DNA of 64,000 nucleotides, from positions 9,563-73,562 of the forward strand of contig CAYTZH010000005.1 of assembly GCA_964442285.1 (NCBI GenBank), written 5' to 3'. Under the pieces are notes generated by a model, which saw only the letters and a program-made list of their open reading frames with translations, made no database searches and was not told where the DNA came from. The stretch is from an uncultured Spirochaetales bacterium. Its GTDB lineage: Bacteria; Myxococcota_A; UBA9160; JAFDET01. Of the stretch, positions 58,199 through 64,000 are shown in pieces. Positions within the stretch are counted from its first letter, which is position 1. The number at the start of each line of letters is the position of its first letter. Made by a program: the position numbers and the translations under genes.

Positions 58199-60430
58199 CT
58201 ACTTGGTCTCGAAGGCCCAGACGCCGTCCCAGTCTGCGGGCGGCTCGGCCCGGAGTCGGCCCACGCGTTCCAGCAGCAGGTCGCAGGCGCGGTCTTCGCC
58301 GCGCACGGCGCGCGCGTGGCGCAGGGCCGATTCCGCCGCCTCGAAGCGCCCTGCCCGGTACGCCTGCAGGCCCGCGGCGTAGGCCTCGAGCCAGTCCTTC
58401 TCGTCGCCCTCGGGACCCCGCCGACCCAGCAGCTCGCAGATCTCCACCGGCTCGTGGCGGCCCTTCACCCGGATGCAGTCCAGGGGCCGCACCAGGAATC
58501 CCTCGGGCAGCCGGTCCACCAGGTCCTGGCTGGCGATGATCTGGGCGCCGTACTGCTTGGTGATGCCCTCGAGGCGGGAGCAGAGGTTCACGCCGTCGCC
58601 GGAGACCGTGTAGTCGAAGCGCAGGGCGCTGCCCATCTTGCCCACGTTGACCTCGGCCGCGTGGATCCCGATCCCCACCTGGAGCCGGTCGGCTCCGGGC
58701 AGGTCGCCGCGGGTCTCGCGGATCCGGGCGATCGCCTCCTGCATCGCCAGGGCCGCCTCGGCCGCGTGGCGGGGATGGTCCTCCACCGGCAGGGGGGCGC
58801 CCCAGAACGCGACGATCGCGTCGCCGATGTACTTGTCGAGGGTGCCCCGGCTGGCGAAGAGGATCTCGGTCATCGGGGTGAGGTATTCGTTCAGGAGGCG
58901 GGTGGTGTTCTCGGGCCCGAGCTCCTCGGACAGGGTGGTGAAGCCGCGGATGTCGCTGAAGAGCAGGCTCAGGTCGCGGCGGCGTCCGCCCAGCACGAAC
59001 TCGTCCGGGTTGCGGATCATCTCGTCGACGACCACCGGCGGCACGAAGGTCGCGAAGGTGTTGCGGATCCAGCGGGCCTGGGCCTCCTCGCTGGCCAGCC
59101 GGGTCGCGGTCATGGCCACGTACATGGCGCCCACCGCGAGCATCGGGAAGGTCAGGTTCAGCATCAGCCCGTGCTCGATGAAGGCGTACACCGCGCCGCC
59201 CACCACGGCCGCCAGGAGCAGCACCGAGAAGACCAGGCCCGGGACCGCGCCCCGCAGCCGCGGCACGGCCACCCCGGTGAGGAGCCCGAGCGCCAGCACC
59301 AGGGCGAGCTCGGCGTACAGCAGCCCGTCTGAGCGGCGCAGCACATCGCCCGCCAGCATGTTGTCCAGGACCGTGGCGTGCACCTCGACCCCCGGCGCCA
59401 CGTTCGTGAACGGGCTCGCGTAGACGTCCTGGATGCCCACCTCGGTGGCGCCGATGATGGCGACGGCGCCCTCCACCGCGGCGGCGTCGAAGTCGCCCCG
59501 CAGCACGTCGACCGCCGAGAGCTGGCGGAACGTGCGCGGCGGCCCCCGGTAGTTCACGAGCACGCGCCCGCCCTCGTCGACCGGCACCAAGGCGTCGGCC
59601 ACGCGCAGACCCCGGACGAAGCCCTGGGTGTCCCAGATCAGTGCGGCCTTCTTGCCGATCACCAGCTCGTAGAGCGCGAGGGAGAGCGACTTGTAGAAGT
59701 CGTCGCCGCAGCGGGCGAGCAGCTGGGCCCGGCGGACCACGCCGTCGATGTCCGGGCGGGCGTTGAAGAAGCCCATGCGCCGGGTCGCGCGGGAGAAGCG
59801 CTCCAGGTTGGTCTCCACCGACGAGCAGCGCAGGAAGGGCGCCGGCTGCATCTCGGGCGGCACGCGGGTGACGACCCGCGACTTGCGCACGAGGGGCAGG
59901 GCCTCCGCCAGGGGGCGGTCGCTGCCCTCGCCCTCCACGCCCACGTCCTGGAGCGTGCGGAAGAAGTAGCCGAGCACGACCCGGTCCGAGTCGCGGATCG
60001 CGGCCTCAAGACGCGCGTCGGTGTCACTGCTGGCGATGACGGAGTCGAGGGCCGGCAGCACGCGGCGGGCCTCCCCGCCGGACGTCGTGAGGTCCGCCGC
60101 CGCCTCGCGCAGGACGGCCACCTCGGGCGGGGTCTCCGGCTCGCTGAAGACCACGTCGAAGCCGAGGGCCGCGACGCCGGCCTCGCTCAGGCGGTCGATC
60201 ACCCCGGCGAGGACGCTTCGCCGCCAGGGCCAGCGCCCCAGCTCATCGACGCTCCGGGCGTCGATGGCCACGATCAGGACCGGCGCGCGAGGGGCCTCGG
60301 CGCCTCGGACCCGGAACCGCCAGTCGTGGAGCTGGTACTCGACGCGCTCGAGGAGCTGGGGGCGCCAGGCGAAGAGCCCGGTCACGGCCGCCAGGACGGC
60401 TGCGCCGACCAGCCAGTGGAGCCGCTTCAC
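58199..60430 (-). CDS. CHASE2-domain class III adenylate cyclase with C-terminal TPR-like helix
   Basis: IDARS..GRWPW, GVEVHA, three TM helices, FSDIRGFT, DKYIGDA, DYTVSGDGVNLCSRLE, WDGV. Confidence 0.95.
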   Translation of the reverse strand: MKRLHWLVGAAVLAAVTGLFAWRPQLLERVEYQLHDWRFRVRGAEAPRAPVLIVAIDARSVDELGRWPWRRSVLAGVIDRLSEAGVAALGFDVVFSEPETPPEVAVLREAAADLTTSGGEARRVLPALDSVIASSDTDARLEAAIRDSDRVVLGYFFRTLQDVGVEGEGSDRPLAEALPLVRKSRVVTRVPPEMQPAPFLRCSSVETNLERFSRATRRMGFFNARPDIDGVVRRAQLLARCGDDFYKSLSLALYELVIGKKAALIWDTQGFVRGLRVADALVPVDEGGRVLVNYRGPPRTFRQLSAVDVLRGDFDAAAVEGAVAIIGATEVGIQDVYASPFTNVAPGVEVHATVLDNMLAGDVLRRSDGLLYAELALVLALGLLTGVAVPRLRGAVPGLVFSVLLLAAVVGGAVYAFIEHGLMLNLTFPMLAVGAMYVAMTATRLASEEAQARWIRNTFATFVPPVVVDEMIRNPDEFVLGGRRRDLSLLFSDIRGFTTLSEELGPENTTRLLNEYLTPMTEILFASRGTLDKYIGDAIVAFWGAPLPVEDHPRHAAEAALAMQEAIARIRETRGDLPGADRLQVGIGIHAAEVNVGKMGSALRFDYTVSGDGVNLCSRLEGITKQYGAQIIASQDLVDRLPEGFLVRPLDCIRVKGRHEPVEICELLGRRGPEGDEKDWLEAYAAGLQAYRAGRFEAAESALRHARAVRGEDRACDLLLERVGRLRAEPPADWDGVWAFETK

Positions 60431-60543
60431 GAGTCCTCCTCCGTGCTCGGAGCGTCGGCTGCGCGCGCCCGGAACGCAAGAGCCGCCCCCGGCTCAAGCC
60501 GGGAGCGGCTCCGCAGCGTCGCGTCGACAGACCCTCGGGCCGG

Positions 60544-61494
60544 TCAGTCCTGCGGGGTCACCGTGCCGGTGCCCACGCCCGGCAGCACCGGGTCCACCGG
60601 ACCGGTGCCCACGCCCGGCAGCGTCGGGGTCGGATCCATCGGCGGCGGGTCCATCGGCGGATCCATCATCGGCGGGTCCATCATCGGCGGATCCATCATG
60701 TCGTTGCCGGGGACGAACTCGCCCGGGTCGTCGATGACGATGTCGGGATCGATGTCCACGTTGATGTCGGGGCCCACCGGACCCGTGCCGACGCCGGGGA
60801 GCAGGGCGGTGCTGGAGCTCACCACCGTGGTCGTGGTCGAGGCCACGCGGCTGCGGGGCTGACCCACCGGGGTCAGGTCCGGCCGGATCTCCGCCGGCTC
60901 GGGGGAGGCCTTCGGCAGGATCTTGGTGCAGGTTCCGATGGCCGGCTCGTAGACGCCCGACACGTTCGGGTCGTTGCTCGCCACGTCCACCTCGCCCGCC
61001 AGCACACAGATGAAGGTGTAGATCTCACCGACGTCGTCGAGCACCCAGGCCACCCACTCGGTGCCCTTCACGCCGATCACCGCGGTGGGCGTGTGCATCT
61101 CGAGGCGGGTGGTGCCGCCGAAGGCCTGGCCCACCCGGGTCCGCACGTGACCCGACAGCAGGTTCACCCGGGAGGCCTGGCGGGTGGCGGCCGAGCCCAC
61201 GACCAGCTCGTCGACCTCGAGCTCGGTCTCCTCGTCCAGGGTGATCACCGTGTCGTCCACCAGCACCAGCTTGGCCAGGGAGTCACGGCCAGTCCGGACC
61301 ACGTCCCCCAGCTCGATCTCGCTGTCGCGGGTCGCCGCGCTCCAGGAGGCGGCGCCGCCGCTGCGGATCTCGACGTCGCCTTCGGTGACGGCCAGGAAGC
61401 CGACCGGCTCGGCGGCCGCGGCACCGGGCAGCAGGCAGAAGGCGGCGAGCGCGAGCGCGCTTGCCAGCCGGAGCTGCGTGTTGGAGAGATTCAT
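60544..61494 (-). CDS. Secreted FecR-domain protein with repetitive Pro/Met tail
   Basis: Signal peptide; GDVVRTG, TPTAVIGVKGTEW; tail MMDPP x3 and PGVGTG x3. Confidence 0.88.
   Translation of the reverse strand: MNLSNTQLRLASALALAAFCLLPGAAAAEPVGFLAVTEGDVEIRSGGAASWSAATRDSEIELGDVVRTGRDSLAKLVLVDDTVITLDEETELEVDELVVGSAATRQASRVNLLSGHVRTRVGQAFGGTTRLEMHTPTAVIGVKGTEWVAWVLDDVGEIYTFICVLAGEVDVASNDPNVSGVYEPAIGTCTKILPKASPEPAEIRPDLTPVGQPRSRVASTTTTVVSSSTALLPGVGTGPVGPDINVDIDPDIVIDDPGEFVPGNDMMDPPMMDPPMMDPPMDPPPMDPTPTLPGVGTGPVDPVLPGVGTGTVTPQD
60547..60800. repeat. Coding low-complexity repeats: 15-bp MMDPP units and LPGVGTG(P/T)V units
   Basis: Read directly from the sequence and its translation. Confidence 0.9.
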
Positions 61495-61536
61495 CCTCGT
61501 GTCCTCCCGAGGGCTTCTGGGTGTAGTGGTAGTCCC

Positions 61537-63270
61537 TCAGTACCTGTAAGTGACGAGAAAGTGGGCGATGTGGCGATCGAACTCGAAGAAATCCACGTTC
61601 GACTCCCAGTACGTGAACCGGTAGCCGAGCTCGGCGGTGACGTGCTCGACGATCGGGCGTCGCAGGACCAGCCGGTAGCGCTGGATGCGGTCCTCCCGGT
61701 CACCGGCCGAGAAATCGAAGAAGCTGCGGTCCTCGTGGTTGCGCCACTCGTAGCCCACCGAGGCCAGCACGAAGAGCTCCCAGGGCAGGGGCATGCCGGC
61801 CAGCAGCTCCAGCTCGTTGCCCTCGGCGTTGAACTCCGGCCCGTAGGGCCCGAGGAAGTTCGGGAGGGGGGCGAAGGCGGTCGGCGGGATGTCGGGATCG
61901 GGGATGATGCCGAAGAAGCCTCCGTTGCCGTCGAAGCCCGACGTGACCTGGTCGCCCTTGGTGTGCTCGAAGCGGTAGTTCCAGCGCAGCCGCGTGAAGC
62001 CCTGGCCGTAGCCTGTGAAGTCCGGCGGGAAGTAGTACTGCTCGAGCCCGGCCCGGAGGATGTGCCCGTCGCGCTCCAGCGAGTCGAAGGTCTGGGGCTG
62101 CTTGAAGTCCCGCACCTCGTAGCGCATGAACGGCCGGGTCAGGAGATCGGGGCGGAGCCGGATCCGGAAGCTGGGCTCCACGGCATGGGTGCGCCGGAAG
62201 TCCACGCTGTCGGTGGAGACGTACTCGAACGTGTAGCGGGCGTCGAAGCTGAGCCAGTCCGTCAGATCGAGCGCGCCCACGGCAAAGGCCCGGTTCACGA
62301 TCAGGTCGAAGGGTTCCTGGTTGATGTGCTTCGAGAAGTAGTGGTTGGTGCCGATCCGCAGCCGGGCCCGCTCGCCGTCGTAGACGTTGTAGTCGGCCCC
62401 CACCTCCAGGAAGAAGCGCGCGTCGTCCTCGCCCGAGATCGCGAGCAGCTCGTTCTCCTCGGCGCCGCCGAGGTTGACGTTGCTGTCGTAGGCCACGCCC
62501 AGGGTCGCGTACACGCTCCAGGGCCGCTCGCGGGTGCGTCCCGAGAGCTCGCGCCGACTGGCTCGCGCCACGGGTGAGCCGGGTGCGAGCTGCTCCACCT
62601 CGTTGAAGTAGGACTCGGCCCGGGCGCGGTCGCCCTGGGAGAGCGCGATGCGCCCGCGCCGATACGCGACCTGGGAGGCCAGCGAGGGATCCAGGCGCTC
62701 GGCATCGGCCAGGTGCCGCTCCGCGCCGGCCGTGTCGCCCAGCTCGATCAGGGTCGAGCCGAGGAACAGGTGGGCCACGGCGTTGTTCGGGTCGCGCTGC
62801 ACCGCCGACTCGAGCGCCGCGCGGGCGCCCTGGAAGTCGCGGTCGCTGTAGCGGGCCAGACCGAGCACCACGTCGTCGTCGGGAGAGGCGCGTCCCGTGG
62901 CCTGCAGCTGCTCCAGCAGGGCCGCGGCCTGGTCTGCGTCGCCGGCCGCGAGCAGGGCGCGCGCATAGGCCGCCTGGATGCTGGCATCGTTGCCGTAGCG
63001 GCTGTGGGCGTCGCCCAGGATCTGGATCGCTTCCTGGACCCGCCCCCGGCGCAGCGCGTGGGTCCCGCGCTCGAACTGGACGTCGGCATCGTGCTCCGAG
63101 GGCGTGGCCTCGAGACCGCTGCCCTGCGCACTGTTCTGCGCCAGGGCCGTTGCGGGCATCCCGAGCCCCAGTCCTGCCGCGGCCAGCCAGGCCGCGATGG
63201 GCACCGCTCGGCCCGCTCGAAGCGCCGGGCCGGCGCTGACCGCCTCGTACTTCCCCACTCGAAACCTCAC
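61537..63270 (-). CDS. Outer-membrane protein: N-terminal TPRs plus C-terminal beta-barrel
   Basis: Signal peptide; about 5 TPR-like helical pairs; GVAYDSNV; alternating aromatic strands; terminal FLVTYRY beta-signal. Confidence 0.85.
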   Translation of the reverse strand: MRFRVGKYEAVSAGPALRAGRAVPIAAWLAAAGLGLGMPATALAQNSAQGSGLEATPSEHDADVQFERGTHALRRGRVQEAIQILGDAHSRYGNDASIQAAYARALLAAGDADQAAALLEQLQATGRASPDDDVVLGLARYSDRDFQGARAALESAVQRDPNNAVAHLFLGSTLIELGDTAGAERHLADAERLDPSLASQVAYRRGRIALSQGDRARAESYFNEVEQLAPGSPVARASRRELSGRTRERPWSVYATLGVAYDSNVNLGGAEENELLAISGEDDARFFLEVGADYNVYDGERARLRIGTNHYFSKHINQEPFDLIVNRAFAVGALDLTDWLSFDARYTFEYVSTDSVDFRRTHAVEPSFRIRLRPDLLTRPFMRYEVRDFKQPQTFDSLERDGHILRAGLEQYYFPPDFTGYGQGFTRLRWNYRFEHTKGDQVTSGFDGNGGFFGIIPDPDIPPTAFAPLPNFLGPYGPEFNAEGNELELLAGMPLPWELFVLASVGYEWRNHEDRSFFDFSAGDREDRIQRYRLVLRRPIVEHVTAELGYRFTYWESNVDFFEFDRHIAHFLVTYRY

Positions 63271-63670
63271 GACGAACCTCCGTGCGCGTCGCTCGCCGAC
63301 CGCCTGCCGATCCCGATTCGAGCGCCAACCCGCCCGGCGTCGGAAGACCCCCGGGGCGGGCTCCGAATCCTACCACGGGTGGAAGCCGGAGGGCGTCGCC
63401 CGGCTTTCTCCGAGGCGCGAAGGATCTGGGAAGGACAGCTGCCCCGACCCTGCCGGACCGCTGCCGGCGCCTGACCTACGCGGGGTTCCCCGCGGGGTCC
63501 GGCCTGGGATCGCCCGCCCGACGCGGTCGTGTGCAGCGCCCGCGCGGAGAGGGCGCAGCTCCGTCGGCCCCCCGCTGGCCGGCGGGATTTTTTCGGGGCC
63601 CCCCTGCCACAAACCCGCAGCCGGCACCACTCACTCACGAGTCGCCACCCCCATGCGCGGAGGAACGTTG

Positions 63671-64000
63671 ATGAGGACTCGTTCGTCGTTGTTCAGGCTG
63701 TTGCTGGCCGTCCTGGTCGGTTCGTGGATCGGTGCGGGAACGGCCTCCGCCGTCAGCTTCCCCGCGGACGTGTACACCTTCCCCGTGACGGACGGGGTGG
63801 ACCTTCCGCTCGGCACCGTTCCCGGCGCGACCATGCTGATGCAGCTCAATCCCGGGGTGTCCGGTCCGCAGGACGTGCGGGTCGACATCCCCGCCGGCTT
63901 CCAGAACGTGCGCTTCGATCCGTCGAACTCGAACGTGATCCTGGCCGACCTGACCTTCGAGATCGAGTGGCTGGGCACCATCGACCTGCAGACGCCCGGC
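63671..64000 (+). CDS. Secreted protein, N-terminal fragment (runs off the window)
   Basis: GGAGG RBS; MRTRSSLFRLLLAVLVGSWIGAGTASA signal peptide; frame open to the end; absent from the ORF track because it has no stop. Confidence 0.75.
   Translation, partial: MRTRSSLFRLLLAVLVGSWIGAGTASAVSFPADVYTFPVTDGVDLPLGTVPGATMLMQLNPGVSGPQDVRVDIPAGFQNVRFDPSNSNVILADLTFEIEWLGTIDLQTPG

Noticed and set aside
63631-63981. 116-aa minus-strand ORF at the window end
   Set aside because: Antisense to a better supported plus-strand gene with RBS and signal peptide

Overview
Very GC-rich (by eye ~70-75%), densely coding chromosomal window, with no mobile element, CRISPR array or stable RNA gene recognised. Gene content (PtsI/PtsP, PPDK/PEPS regulator, MMPL-type RND protein, paired acyl-CoA dehydrogenases, SGNH-rich glycan loci, CHASE2 cyclase) suggests a deltaproteobacterial/Myxococcota-like diderm; this is inference. 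Layout: (1) 0.9-14.1 kb, a nonulosonic-acid-type glycan locus (NeuB/PseI, SpsF, PseG-like, WbqC, carbamoyltransferase, PIG-L deacetylase, GNAT, SGNH, and a cytidylyltransferase-like/radical SAM/SPASM fusion). (2) 14-32.7 kb, housekeeping and metabolic genes (cyoE, leuS, ppsR, RND/MMPL, glyoxylate reductase, NYN, aguBA, secreted lipase-like protein, frdABCD). (3) 32.7-43.1 kb, a surface glycosylation locus (GT4, GT2, flippase-like, GT39/PMT, O-antigen-ligase-like, two SGNH) containing two distantly paralogous secreted Cys-containing proteins with a shared Gly-linker/Pro-rich C-terminal tail. (4) 43-58 kb, CoA/lipid catabolism (CaiB, two divergent heteromeric ACAD pairs), bolA, DHH, MFS, ilvD, pabB and a two-component system. 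(5) 58-64 kb, a TPR/beta-barrel + FecR + CHASE2 adenylate cyclase trans-envelope module. Best candidates for new biology: both secreted paralogs carry a CRP-like box plus a sigma28-like promoter element, which could link them to the envelope cAMP module; an identical 14-bp element precedes two glycan transcription units; and a spiro-SPASM-like enzyme with an intact SAM cluster sits in a NulO pathway. All functional calls come from motif recognition by eye; no database searches were run.
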